Position numbers and translations under genes: made by a program. From positions 1 to 64,000 of IMG/VR virus record IMGVR_UViG_3300001335_000125: 64,000 nucleotides of DNA; one strand, 5' to 3'. How positions within the stretch are numbered: position 1 is the stretch's first letter; each line of letters starts with the position of its first letter. The DNA is from a virus. Its lineage: Duplodnaviria; Caudoviricetes. Shown here one piece after another: positions 1 to 9,199 of the stretch. Under the pieces are notes generated by a model. The model was not told where the DNA came from. It saw only the letters and a list, made by a program, of their open reading frames with translations, and made no database searches.

Positions 1-140
1 GATATTGTAGATAATTCTTATACAAGTAGAGTTAAACCTGATAAGAGGTTAGATGATTATGAGATTTAAGATATACATAAGAGATTATTCTACATCTGCA
101 GAAAATTGGATTAGATGGAAATAATTAAGGAGGTGAATAT

Positions 141-233
141 ATGCCAGATAGAGATGGAAAAGGACCAAGAAAAAGAAGTCCAAGACCAAGTAAACCAAAA
201 GGTGGACGGAAAAGAGGAAATTGTGATGAATAA
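141..233 (+). CDS. 30-aa basic microprotein (DUF5320-like MPxxDGxGP...G.C pattern); not in ORF track
   Basis: AGGAGGTGA site just upstream; MPDRDGKGPRKRSPRPSKPKGGRKRGNCDE; stop overlaps next ATG (TAATG). Confidence 0.55.
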   Translation: MPDRDGKGPRKRSPRPSKPKGGRKRGNCDE

Positions 234-424
234 TGAAGAAACAATTTAAAGGATATCTATATAATAGATTAGAAGAACTTGGCAACGAAACATTCAATCA
301 TATTGGATGTGAATCAGACGGAGATGACTTTGGTGACTTTATGCAATCATTTGTTCCTAAATTAGGAATGAGAAAGAAAGTAATAATAACTGTTGAGATT
401 ATAGATGAAAATGAAATGTCCTAA
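233..424 (+). CDS. hypothetical protein
   Basis: 63-aa ORF coupled to upstream stop. Confidence 0.65.
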   Translation: MKKQFKGYLYNRLEELGNETFNHIGCESDGDDFGDFMQSFVPKLGMRKKVIITVEIIDENEMS

Positions 425-512
425 GTGTTGTCAACCAATGGAAGTTCTAGTTGAAGGTGCTAATAGAAATATGTGGGAATGTAAAAAATGTAATATTACA
501 GTGTGGATTTAA
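411..512 (+). CDS. 33-aa Zn-ribbon microprotein; not in ORF track
   Basis: MKCPKCCQPM...WECKKCNITVWI, two CxxC motifs. Confidence 0.6.
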   Translation: MKCPKCCQPMEVLVEGANRNMWECKKCNITVWI

Positions 513-513
513 T

Positions 514-714
514 ATGGGTGATAAAGTAATCATAAGATGTAGTGAATGCAATTATGAATGGAATCAAGAACCAGACAGTCTATCTAAAATAGATTGGATT
601 TGTCCTAAGTGTAATAAGGATGATAAGACTTGGATAGTATCTTACGAACCAGAAGATAAAGAGTTTTATAATAGAGAAGTAAAGACTGGGCGTGGTGGAG
701 CTTTTCATGCCTAA
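514..714 (+). CDS. Zn-ribbon protein
   Basis: CSEC...CPKC; ATG at 514 preferred over the track's TTG at 451, which overlaps the 411-512 ORF. Confidence 0.65.
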   Translation: MGDKVIIRCSECNYEWNQEPDSLSKIDWICPKCNKDDKTWIVSYEPEDKEFYNREVKTGRGGAFHA

Positions 715-778
715 TGGTTATAATATTACAGATATTATATATGTCATGTAGAAAAATGTTATTAGGAGAATTTTAAAG

Positions 779-1462
779 ATGAACACAACACAAATATTTG
801 GAATAGGAATATTTATTTCTCTTTTGCTTAGTATAAGTCTTGCAGGAGCATATCTTGGTGGATATATGCAAGGAGAAGAAGGGAATCAAGGAATTATAGG
901 TCCTGTTGGACCTCAAGGTGAAAAAGGTATTTCAGGAAATTCACCAGAATATGAATGGAATGAAACATGTATACGATTTATGAATCCAGATGGTACTTGG
1001 GGGGAATGGATTGATTTGTTAGGTCCAGAGGGTCCTCAGGGAAATACTGGTCCTAGAGGAGCAACTGGAGCATCAGGATCTGATGGTGAAGATGGAGAAG
1101 ATGGGATTGATTTAGAGCCAAATGAAGCCCCAATAATAACTTTCAATACATCTGAGAGTTACGTTGAAGGATGTAGATGGAATGATGATTTCTGGTTTAT
1201 TCTTAACTTTAGTGTAGAAGATCCAGAATCGGATTATATGGAAGTTAGATTATGGTATAAATATGATGATCCTTTAGATGATTGGAACTATTGTGATATT
1301 TGGCCATATGAACAGAACAATACATTTAGGTTCACAAAAGAATTTAATGGCAATCATTATTGGGGTAATTATTCTATTGAGTGGCTTATTCAAGTTCAAG
1401 ATGGAGAGAATCTTGTATATCAACCAGTACCTGTTACTCTAAAAAAAGAAATATGTAGTTAA
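779..1462 (+). CDS. membrane-anchored collagen-like protein with beta-rich C-terminal domain
   Basis: N-terminal hydrophobic helix; two Gly-X-Y runs (7 and 9 triplets). Confidence 0.8.
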   Translation: MNTTQIFGIGIFISLLLSISLAGAYLGGYMQGEEGNQGIIGPVGPQGEKGISGNSPEYEWNETCIRFMNPDGTWGEWIDLLGPEGPQGNTGPRGATGASGSDGEDGEDGIDLEPNEAPIITFNTSESYVEGCRWNDDFWFILNFSVEDPESDYMEVRLWYKYDDPLDDWNYCDIWPYEQNNTFRFTKEFNGNHYWGNYSIEWLIQVQDGENLVYQPVPVTLKKEICS

Positions 1463-1515
1463 TAATACCCACTGTATATCTGTAGAATATTAATAATACA
1501 AAAGGAGGTGAATAA

Positions 1516-1839
1516 ATGGCAAATGGACGTGTAAAAGATGATACTCCCAAAGAAGAGTCTATAGAAAGAGCATGGGCAAGTAACGATAAACTTGTCTTTG
1601 ATGAAAGAACTGCTCATAGTAATCGAACTGCAGTTATTGCTGAAGATGCCCTAGAAGAATCTGTAAATTTTACAAAGCAAATTCATAATGAATATCTGAA
1701 GAGAGAACAACATGCTACAGAGAACAATCGCTTTACTCTAGACTATCTTTACGGAGTTTATCCATTAGAGAGTCTTGGAACCTCAGCAATTGGTAATCTT
1801 CTAAAACAAATTGTCAAAGAAGAAATGAGTAATGAATAA
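1516..1839 (+). CDS. hypothetical protein
   Basis: AAAGGAGGTGA ribosome site; 107-aa ORF. Confidence 0.75.
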   Translation: MANGRVKDDTPKEESIERAWASNDKLVFDERTAHSNRTAVIAEDALEESVNFTKQIHNEYLKREQHATENNRFTLDYLYGVYPLESLGTSAIGNLLKQIVKEEMSNE

Positions 1840-1845
1840 ATGTGA

Positions 1846-1862
1846 GTGGGGTATTCCCCTAC
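1846..1862 (+). terminator. GC hairpin followed by T-rich tract, possible terminator
   Basis: GTGGGG-TATT-CCCC(T)AC then TATACTTTTCTTT, intergenic. Confidence 0.4.
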
Positions 1863-1880
1863 TATACTTTTCTTTAGGAG

Positions 1881-2624
1881 ATGATAATATCTATGAAGAA
1901 TATATCAGAACTAACACATGAAGATTTGAAAGATATCAAATTAATAGTATTAGACGTTGATGGTGTTGTTGTACCTCGGGGATCAATGATAGAGCAAGAC
2001 GGTAATAGAACAACATTCGAAACGAAGAAAGTAAGATCTTCTGAAATAGATTATATTAAAGATTTATATGATACAGGATTTAAGATTAACATTAGCTCAG
2101 GTAGAAGTTTATTTATGCTTCATACTATGTTCCGAAGCATTCTTCCCTACGTTTCTATTACTTATGAGAATGGTAGTGCTACTTGGTTGAATGGTAAGAT
2201 AACACAACATGTTAATACATTCAATGAATTGGTAGATGTGAGGGATGAACTATCAAAAGTAACAGATAAACGTATAAAGGGATGGGAACCAAAAGAATTT
2301 ATTATTACTATTCACTGTACAAGTGAAGTTCCAGAAATAGAGAAAATAGTATCTAAGTACAAGGATATTAACATACTCTGGAATGGAGAAGCATATGATA
2401 TTATGCACAAATCACAATCTAAAGCCAATGGAATAACATATCTTTTAAAGATGGCAAATCTAAAAAGAGAGAATGTTATTGCTATTGGTGATAATTATAA
2501 TGATAAGGAAATGTTAGAAGCAGTTGGATTAGCAATCTCAGCAGATTGTGATAGAGTTGGTGGAGATTATTATGTACCTATGCCTGCTGGGGTGATGATG
2601 TGGAAAATACTTCAAGAGAAATAA
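1881..2624 (+). CDS. HAD-superfamily (Cof/IIB-like) phosphatase
   Basis: DVDGV motif I, SSGR motif II, K..G and GDNYND motifs. Confidence 0.85.
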   Translation: MIISMKNISELTHEDLKDIKLIVLDVDGVVVPRGSMIEQDGNRTTFETKKVRSSEIDYIKDLYDTGFKINISSGRSLFMLHTMFRSILPYVSITYENGSATWLNGKITQHVNTFNELVDVRDELSKVTDKRIKGWEPKEFIITIHCTSEVPEIEKIVSKYKDINILWNGEAYDIMHKSQSKANGITYLLKMANLKRENVIAIGDNYNDKEMLEAVGLAISADCDRVGGDYYVPMPAGVMMWKILQEK

Positions 2625-2625
2625 G

Positions 2626-2784
2626 ATGTATTATAGCATCTATGCAATATTTGTATTGATGATATCCCTCATAATGATGTGGATATACCATACTATAATC
2701 TATATGCTATCTTATAAGATGATGTTTCAGAGTATTGAAAAGTTTTATATGATTAATAAGGTGAAAGAATACGACAATGTGTAG
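2626..2784 (+). CDS. 52-aa hydrophobic (membrane) microprotein; not in ORF track
   Basis: MYYSIYAIFVLMISLIMMWIY..., starts 1 nt after the HAD stop. Confidence 0.5.
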   Translation: MYYSIYAIFVLMISLIMMWIYHTIIYMLSYKMMFQSIEKFYMINKVKEYDNV

Positions 2785-2947
2785 ATGTTGTGATAAACCA
2801 GCAACTGTTTGTTGGTACCAAGATTCAGAAATATGGCATCTATGTGCCCAATGTTATGCCGAAATATCCCAAAATATGTACAATTGGCATAAAGACCCGA
2901 GACCCCCCTCGAATTATCGCTCAGGAGCCACGGAAACGGCCCTCTGA
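2777..2947 (+). CDS. 56-aa Cys-rich Zn-finger microprotein; not in ORF track
   Basis: MCRCCDKPA...HLCAQC; its 3' end runs through dispersed repeat copy 1. Confidence 0.5.
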   Translation: MCRCCDKPATVCWYQDSEIWHLCAQCYAEISQNMYNWHKDPRPPSNYRSGATETAL

Positions 2948-2953
2948 GCTCGA
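2903..2953 (+). repeat. dispersed GC-rich element, copy 1
   Basis: CCCCCCTCGAATTATCGCTCAGGAGCCACGGAAACGGCCCTCTGAGCTCGA matches copies at 26678, 26788 and 43618 (minus). Confidence 0.85.
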
Positions 2954-3031
2954 TGGAGATTTTCTGAATGGTATGGGTAGGGGTATAATTGCTCTCTCCG
3001 AGAAGAGTAATTTTGCCATTCAACAGAGGGC

Positions 3032-3037
3032 TTTAAA
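3032..3037 (+). promoter_or_regulatory. putative archaeal-type TATA box
   Basis: TTTAAA ending 24 nt before the ATG at 3062. Confidence 0.35.
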
Positions 3038-3061
3038 ATCAATATTTTGAAATGGGTATAA

Positions 3062-3193
3062 ATGACATCTAAAAAAGCAGAAAAGATAGTATGCAGATAT
3101 GGTATTTGCCCAGAATGTGGTAGGTATGAGTGTATACTCGTTTCGGGAAATAGATGTTTAAGATGTCTGTTAGGGGATAGAAAAGATGAATGA
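3062..3193 (+). CDS. 43-aa Zn-finger microprotein; not in ORF track
   Basis: CPECG...CLRC. Confidence 0.6.
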   Translation: MTSKKAEKIVCRYGICPECGRYECILVSGNRCLRCLLGDRKDE

Positions 3194-3389
3194 TGATTGG
3201 TTAAATAAAAGAATAGTAATAATTAAAGATATGGAAAATATACCTAAAGGTTCAATAGGAACAGTCACTGGAGATTTACCTGAACATGGATTTGCAGTGT
3301 GGTTTGATGAGGGATGTACAGAACTTAATCCACCGTGGGTTAATTTTGACTATACATCTAAAGAAGAATATTTTAAAGTGATAGAATGA
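3186..3389 (+). CDS. small SH3-like beta-barrel hypothetical protein
   Basis: RIVII...PKGSIGTVT...VWFD pattern; overlaps neighbouring genes. Confidence 0.6.
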   Translation: MNDDWLNKRIVIIKDMENIPKGSIGTVTGDLPEHGFAVWFDEGCTELNPPWVNFDYTSKEEYFKVIE

Positions 3390-3670
3390 GTGATGATTGG
3401 AGTTTAAAAGACAAACAATATAAATATGATTACCATCCAGGGCTTTTTAGTTCAGCAGTTCTTGATAAGAATGGTAATGAACTGGAACCATTTGGTGTAA
3501 ATCTATATACTGGAGACTCTATAGACATCTTAAGAAAGAAACTTATAGAAGATGTATTAAAGATTCAGGACGATTTAGCTAAAGAAGGAATATTATATCA
3601 TCTAGATACAGATGATTTTCAAAACAGGATTATCAGTTCTATTAATAAAAGATTTGGTGTTGAAGAGTGA
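3386..3670 (+). CDS. hypothetical protein
   Basis: ATGA-coupled 94-aa ORF. Confidence 0.7.
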   Translation: MSDDWSLKDKQYKYDYHPGLFSSAVLDKNGNELEPFGVNLYTGDSIDILRKKLIEDVLKIQDDLAKEGILYHLDTDDFQNRIISSINKRFGVEE

Positions 3671-3924
3671 GAACACTAAAATATATTAGACATCCAAGTA
3701 TTATGATTGGAGATGGGGATGAAGATAACGACGATACTGCGGTTGATATTGAAGATTTAAAGGATGCTGCAAGGGAATGGATAGACAAAATGAATAATGG
3801 ATACTGTTATTGTCATGAAGAGAACCATATGAATGAATGGAAAGACTATAATGAATGTGTTATGGGTAATAACATAGTTATATCTTGGATAAAGAACTTC
3901 TTTAATCTAGAGGACGAAGAATGA
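3667..3924 (+). CDS. hypothetical protein
   Basis: GTGA-coupled 85-aa ORF. Confidence 0.65.
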   Translation: MRTLKYIRHPSIMIGDGDEDNDDTAVDIEDLKDAAREWIDKMNNGYCYCHEENHMNEWKDYNECVMGNNIVISWIKNFFNLEDEE

Positions 3925-4037
3925 TCTGCCCTCAGTGTGGAAAAAACATCTATCCATATAATCAAGTAATGAATGGAGAGAGAATAAAAGTAATACAATG
4001 TGAATGTGGCTATATGAAGATATTGGAGTATGAATAA
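3921..4037 (+). CDS. 38-aa Zn-ribbon microprotein; not in ORF track
   Basis: MICPQCG...QCECG; ATGA-coupled to upstream gene. Confidence 0.6.
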   Translation: MICPQCGKNIYPYNQVMNGERIKVIQCECGYMKILEYE

Positions 4038-4479
4038 GATGAGATTTGAGATAGTAAGAGATGATAGTAGAAAGTTTCCTAAAGATGATATACATTTACC
4101 AGAAATACAAACAGAAGGTTCATGTGGATATGACATCTACACAAATGAAGAAAAAATATTAGAACCCAGTCAACAACATCTATTCTGGACGGATGTTAAG
4201 GTAAAGTTAAATAAAGATGAATTTCTAATGATGGTTCCTAGGTCATCTATTGGAGTTAAATATAATCTTATGCTAGCAAATAGTGTTGGTATAATAGATC
4301 AGTCATATTATGAGAATTCTGACAATGATGGAAATATAGGAATATGTCTTTATAATTATGGTAATGTTCCTGTGAAAGTAGAAAAGGGTATGAGAGTAGC
4401 ACAGGGAATTGTAATGAAATATGTAATAAGTACAGTTGACTTACACAAACCTAGAGTTGGTGGTTTTGGAAGTACCTAG
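4030..4479 (+). CDS. dut: trimeric dUTPase
   Basis: GYDI, PRSS, GIIDQSY, AQG and C-terminal RVGGFGST motifs. Confidence 0.95.
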   Translation: MNKMRFEIVRDDSRKFPKDDIHLPEIQTEGSCGYDIYTNEEKILEPSQQHLFWTDVKVKLNKDEFLMMVPRSSIGVKYNLMLANSVGIIDQSYYENSDNDGNIGICLYNYGNVPVKVEKGMRVAQGIVMKYVISTVDLHKPRVGGFGST

Positions 4480-4630
4480 GAAGGATTTATATATGGAAAA
4501 TGAAATAGATGATGTTCCATTATTTTATATAGATGGAACTAATATAATAATATTATTGTTAATAGGTTTAATAACCTTTGCTATGATTTTTGGATGGATA
4601 TTAACCGGATGGTAAAATAGATAATGAAAG

Positions 4631-4972
4631 ATGAAAAATAAAGAGTATATAAATTACATAATGGATGTTGTAGAAAAGAAATCCATATCTAGTCTTAATA
4701 TGTTTGAACATGCTGGAATACGATATATGACTAATGGAAAAATGATATATAAACTAAAATTACCAAAATATACTATTAATATTGGTGCATTTGGAGATTG
4801 GAGTGTTCATAATGATTTATTTAAAGATGAAGAGTATTTTTATCACATCTTAAAACCATCTTTTACCCAAAAGAGAAAAATGAAGAAGATATGGAAGAAT
4901 GTAGATACTTATATGTTAAGTAAACGGAATGAGAAAGACATGAGAATTAAATCAAGAATAATGGAGATATAG
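4631..4972 (+). CDS. hypothetical protein
   Basis: 113-aa ORF in operon orientation. Confidence 0.65.
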   Translation: MKNKEYINYIMDVVEKKSISSLNMFEHAGIRYMTNGKMIYKLKLPKYTINIGAFGDWSVHNDLFKDEEYFYHILKPSFTQKRKMKKIWKNVDTYMLSKRNEKDMRIKSRIMEI

Positions 4973-4973
4973 A

Positions 4974-5900
4974 ATGTTAATAATTTGTTGGGATAGTTTA
5001 AGATTAGATGCAATAGAACCTTTCAAAGGAATACTTGGTGAGGAGTCTTGGAATGATATACCATCTATTGATGGGTTTACAGGACCAATATTACCTAGTG
5101 TAGTCTGTGGAAGTACACCTGAAAAGTTAGGAGTACCAAGAGATGATAGTGCATTTTGGAGTGGAATAAATCCAAAGAACATTGAAGATACTATCTTTGA
5201 CCACTTTGATGATTACATAACAATATCTAGACTCATAGGACCTCAGACAATGCCACATACCAAGTTAGTGCCATCACGAAGAGGTAAGTTGAAATTTATG
5301 CCACCAATCAAATTTAACGCTCAATCAAATTGGGATATAGATATCTGGAGATACTTTGGTAATAAATGGAGTATGTCATCTGATTACTGGGTAGATATGA
5401 TATTCTTCTGGACCTTTATCACACATGGGAATTTCTCATGTTATGATAGTCTTGGAGCAGTGGAGTCTCCAGAGATAAAGAACGGTGGATTAGTAATGAG
5501 AAGATTACAGAAACAGGATCCACAAGCACTAAGAGATTTATATATGATGGGAGTCTATAATGGATCAGAGACTCTTAAAGGATTAAATGAGATAAGTGGT
5601 GGTAAAGAACTAATAGTATGTTTCTCAGATCATAATGAATGTCTTAATGAAACAATGAATGGACAGTTAATGCCACCTGGACATTATAAAGATATGCATA
5701 AGATACCTGGATTGGAGAGAGTTCCGATATGGGTAAACAGGCCAAACGTAGAGTTTCCAGAGAATATGACGCAATCTGACATAAAAGATTGGATAGTAAA
5801 ACTAAGAGATGAATATGAAGATAATGATGAAGAGTACCAAGAGTTTAAACGTAAGAAGTTAGAGATGAAAAATGGTAATAAGAAAGAAGAAAAGAAGTAA
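4974..5900 (+). CDS. alkaline phosphatase/sulfatase-superfamily protein
   Basis: N-terminal IICWDSLRLD, TGPILPSVVCG (TxPxxxSxxxG) and C-terminal VCFSDHNE. Confidence 0.7.
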   Translation: MLIICWDSLRLDAIEPFKGILGEESWNDIPSIDGFTGPILPSVVCGSTPEKLGVPRDDSAFWSGINPKNIEDTIFDHFDDYITISRLIGPQTMPHTKLVPSRRGKLKFMPPIKFNAQSNWDIDIWRYFGNKWSMSSDYWVDMIFFWTFITHGNFSCYDSLGAVESPEIKNGGLVMRRLQKQDPQALRDLYMMGVYNGSETLKGLNEISGGKELIVCFSDHNECLNETMNGQLMPPGHYKDMHKIPGLERVPIWVNRPNVEFPENMTQSDIKDWIVKLRDEYEDNDEEYQEFKRKKLEMKNGNKKEEKK

Positions 5901-6270
5901 ATATCAGTGCCAGTATTGTGAATACAAGTGTAAAGATATGAACATCTTAAAACATCACGAAGTCACAATACATGGATATCATAGGGATGCTCCGTTCAGA
6001 AAGAAAGTCTACTACCAGAAAAAGTTATCACCCCCAAAAGATATGAGAGAAGTTCCTGGAACAATGAAATCTAAGGATGGTTTTGATGTTCCTATCATCT
6101 ATAAATGGAATCAAACTGCAGAGATGTATGATATCTATACAGATATTGGTGGTAAAAGATTGAAAGCAATCTATAGTGATGATATAGCTATGTATAAGGT
6201 TCCTGATTGGAGTGGGGCTAAAGCGGAGATGATTAAGTATGAAGAGAACCTTCGAGAATCCGATGAATAG
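5872..6270 (+). CDS. C2H2 zinc-finger protein
   Basis: C-x2-C-x12-H-x4-H (CQYC...HEVTIH). Confidence 0.7.
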   Translation: MVIRKKKRSKYQCQYCEYKCKDMNILKHHEVTIHGYHRDAPFRKKVYYQKKLSPPKDMREVPGTMKSKDGFDVPIIYKWNQTAEMYDIYTDIGGKRLKAIYSDDIAMYKVPDWSGAKAEMIKYEENLRESDE

Positions 6271-6772
6271 TCTATTACCAAAACCTAGGGTTGTAGATTG
6301 GGATGAGCTATTTATGACAATGACATTCCTTGTTGCAGCTAAGAGTAAGGATGCATTTACACATGTTGGTGCTGTAATAGTAGATGAGAATAATATTGTA
6401 AGAAGTCTTGGGTATAATGGATTTCCACGAGGATTAGAAGATGATAATGAAGAACGACAGAAACATCCTGAGAAGTATTTCTGGATGGTTCACTCAGAGC
6501 AGAACGCAATCTATAATGCTAAGACTGATTTAACTGGATGTAGAATGTATACAAATGGAATTCCATGTGCTGACTGTGCAAAAGCAATAATACAATCTGG
6601 TATTAAAGAAGTTATTGTACATAAACAATGGAGTGAAACCAATAATAAGTGGGAAGAAAGTTGTAAAAGAACTGTTGAGATGTTTGATGAGGTTGGTGTA
6701 CGTCTTAGATTTTATGATGGAGATATATTAAGGATACAAGGATGGAAAGACGGTAAAGTCTATACCATCTAG
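6263..6772 (+). CDS. dCMP deaminase
   Basis: WDELFM, GYNGFP, HSE and PCADC Zn motifs; ATG at 6263 preferred. Confidence 0.93.
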   Translation: MNSLLPKPRVVDWDELFMTMTFLVAAKSKDAFTHVGAVIVDENNIVRSLGYNGFPRGLEDDNEERQKHPEKYFWMVHSEQNAIYNAKTDLTGCRMYTNGIPCADCAKAIIQSGIKEVIVHKQWSETNNKWEESCKRTVEMFDEVGVRLRFYDGDILRIQGWKDGKVYTI

Positions 6773-6780
6773 AGGATATT

Positions 6781-6969
6781 ATGTTAGATGAATATAAAAG
6801 ATATCTATTAAGAGCATTATTTGAAATAGATTATGTATTGGAAGATATGGAATTTGATAATCTAAAAGGAAGAGAGTATCATAAATTAAAAGAAATTAAG
6901 AAAGAGATATTAAAATTAGATGATACTTTATCTAAGTCCTATAAAATTGAATGTGAGAAGTGGAAATAG
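6781..6969 (+). CDS. hypothetical protein
   Basis: 62-aa ORF with GAGG upstream. Confidence 0.6.
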   Translation: MLDEYKRYLLRALFEIDYVLEDMEFDNLKGREYHKLKEIKKEILKLDDTLSKSYKIECEKWK

Positions 6970-6971
6970 AT

Positions 6972-7130
6972 ATGGACAAAAATGGTATCTTATATATACT
7001 AGATAATTTGTTGGATGATGTTTATACAGGAGAAGATAACTATCCTAATTGGGATTTATATATTAAATCAAATTGGGAATCTATGTATGAAAATATAGTT
7101 AAAATAAAAGAATATATCAATGAAATCTAA
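6972..7130 (+). CDS. hypothetical 52-aa protein; not in ORF track
   Basis: fills the gap between 6969 and 7120 in operon orientation. Confidence 0.5.
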   Translation: MDKNGILYILDNLLDDVYTGEDNYPNWDLYIKSNWESMYENIVKIKEYINEI

Positions 7131-7950
7131 CTCTTCATTTATATGTTGGCAATATAAAGTAAAATTAGATAGATTAAAGGAAGATTTACAACAACTTCCC
7201 TTTGATATAAATAACATATCAATTAACGATATTAAATTTTCATACGAATCAAAGGAATTTACATATAAAGAAATTAAGGACTTTATAGAAAGATATGAAT
7301 GGTTAGGTAAAATTAGTTTATATCCATCTCATATATTTACTGCTAGATATAAAGAAATCATATGTGGAGTAGTTATTATGGACGTTCCATATTCACCTAC
7401 ATTTAATATAGAAAGACTAATTAGTAGAGGAGCATCAGCATCTTGGGCACCTCACAACTTATCTAGTAAATTAATTATGTTTTCAATAAAGTGGATGGTA
7501 TCTCACACTCAATTTAGGCAGTTTTCTGCATACTGTGATCCAGAAGCAAATGAGTTAGGAACAATATATCAAGCATGTAATTTCTATTATCTCGGAAATA
7601 AATTTGGATCTAAATATAAGTATATAACTCCGGAAGGAAATGAAGTATCAGATAGATATTTTAGAAATAGAAGTGTATATAAACGCTTAGCAATAGATAA
7701 TGGAATAGAGTGGAATATGAATTGGCAAGATAGAAGTAGTATCATCTTTAAAAATATTCCTGATGATATAGAATTAAAGTTAAGAGAGTTATCTAATGAA
7801 TATAAAAAGAGAAGTGAAAAGATTGAACAACCTCTTAAACATAAGTATATATATGTATTAGGAAGTAATAAAGGAGAAACTAAGAAACTACGTAAAGATT
7901 TTCTTAATACACACAAAATATATCCATACCCAAAAATAAGAGGGATATAA
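7120..7950 (+). CDS. Mom-like GNAT-fold DNA modification protein
   Basis: AYCDPEANELGTIYQACNFYYLG matches the Mom-family ADP..G..G.IYQA.NF.Y.G motif; also HNLSSKLI. Confidence 0.8.
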   Translation: MKSNSSFICWQYKVKLDRLKEDLQQLPFDINNISINDIKFSYESKEFTYKEIKDFIERYEWLGKISLYPSHIFTARYKEIICGVVIMDVPYSPTFNIERLISRGASASWAPHNLSSKLIMFSIKWMVSHTQFRQFSAYCDPEANELGTIYQACNFYYLGNKFGSKYKYITPEGNEVSDRYFRNRSVYKRLAIDNGIEWNMNWQDRSSIIFKNIPDDIELKLRELSNEYKKRSEKIEQPLKHKYIYVLGSNKGETKKLRKDFLNTHKIYPYPKIRGI

Positions 7951-8564
7951 TGAGTGTAGGTCATACTCCAAAATCTCATAAAGAGAAAAGAGAAAAACAA
8001 AAAGATAATATAGATAAATATCATCATCCAGAAGAAAAGATGAAACAATTAGATAACTACCATAAATATATATTAGGAAAAGATATTCTAGAAGTATTCG
8101 GTGGTCAAGGAAATCTTACAAAATACTATGAATCTGCATTAGATACTAAAGGGAGTGTTACTTCGCTAACAAAAGAGACAACTGGGGATAGTTTTGACTA
8201 CATCTACAAACTAAGAGGAGAACGTAAGAAATATGGAGTGATAGATATAGATTCATATGGATATCCTGATAAATTCTTTCCGGTAGTATTTGAGATGATG
8301 AAAGATGAGTGTCTATTAGTATTTACATTTCCTGTAGTAGGAGTTAACTGTTTGAACGGAATAACAGAACAACACTTTATCAACTTCTGGAGAAGTAATA
8401 GACCAACAATAGGGGATGTTACTGGAGTATTAACAGACTTTGCATTAAGAAATTGGTATCTTATAAGTTTATTAGATGTTGTGAAGATAGATAGGATATG
8501 GAGATTTGTCTTCTTATGTAAAAGACAAAAAGCAACAGAATTATGTAATACGAGAAATCAATAA
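7950..8564 (+). CDS. class I SAM-dependent methyltransferase-fold protein
   Basis: ILEVFGGQG (motif I) and IDIDSYGYP (DxDPYG-like). Confidence 0.7.
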   Translation: MSVGHTPKSHKEKREKQKDNIDKYHHPEEKMKQLDNYHKYILGKDILEVFGGQGNLTKYYESALDTKGSVTSLTKETTGDSFDYIYKLRGERKKYGVIDIDSYGYPDKFFPVVFEMMKDECLLVFTFPVVGVNCLNGITEQHFINFWRSNRPTIGDVTGVLTDFALRNWYLISLLDVVKIDRIWRFVFLCKRQKATELCNTRNQ

Positions 8565-9199
8565 TGAATAAAGAGATTAGAGAAATAGGTTTAGAAAAGG
8601 AGTTATTTCTTTTACGAGGAGAAGAGATAATGGAGCCTAGTAAGTTTGGATTTCCACATGATGAATTCCAATTCCTTGTAGAAATTAGAAGTTTACCAAG
8701 TGATAGATTATATCCAGTATATACAACAATTCAACAAGAAGAGTTACAATATAAGTTACGTGCCAATAAGTTTGGTATGGTATTAGATGATACTCCAAAT
8801 AGAACAGTTACAAAGGATTGGGTAGATGATTTATGGAATAAATACAATCTACATAGATTTAATGATTGTGATTATACTAAGAACATCTATAAAAACAACA
8901 AGTCATCACATCATCTTGGAGTATTAGATACAGGACATCCAGATACAAAGAAACTTACTGCAGGTATGCATGTACACTTCTCATCTAGAGATATCAATAC
9001 TGGGGAGGTTATAGATTTACCTATAGAAGATATTGCTAGTCAAATGGATGAGATATATTCTGTGTTAATAGAGGATTCTGGTAGAATTAAAGGGGAAATA
9101 GAACAGAAGCAACATGGTTGGGAATATCGTTCATTACCAGCAAATGCAGATGTATATGATGTGCTAAAGACATCCTTTAAGATACTGAGAGAATCATAA
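8564..9199 (+). CDS. COOH-NH2 ligase (phiEco32-like type 2 / glutamate-cysteine-ligase-like amidoligase)
   Basis: IGLEKELFL, LVEIR, AGMHVHF and HGWEYRSL motifs. Confidence 0.75.
   Translation: MNKEIREIGLEKELFLLRGEEIMEPSKFGFPHDEFQFLVEIRSLPSDRLYPVYTTIQQEELQYKLRANKFGMVLDDTPNRTVTKDWVDDLWNKYNLHRFNDCDYTKNIYKNNKSSHHLGVLDTGHPDTKKLTAGMHVHFSSRDINTGEVIDLPIEDIASQMDEIYSVLIEDSGRIKGEIEQKQHGWEYRSLPANADVYDVLKTSFKILRES

Noticed and set aside
1-69. Weak resemblance of the 5' partial ORF end (VKPDKRLDDY) to the C-terminus of 57953-58207 (VRPKKRLDVRDY)
   Set aside because: Too short to distinguish from chance
2745-3050. Track ORFs 2745-3023 (-) and 2790-3050 (+)
   Set aside because: No motifs; the region is better explained by the 2626-2784 and 2777-2947 ORFs plus the repeat/promoter
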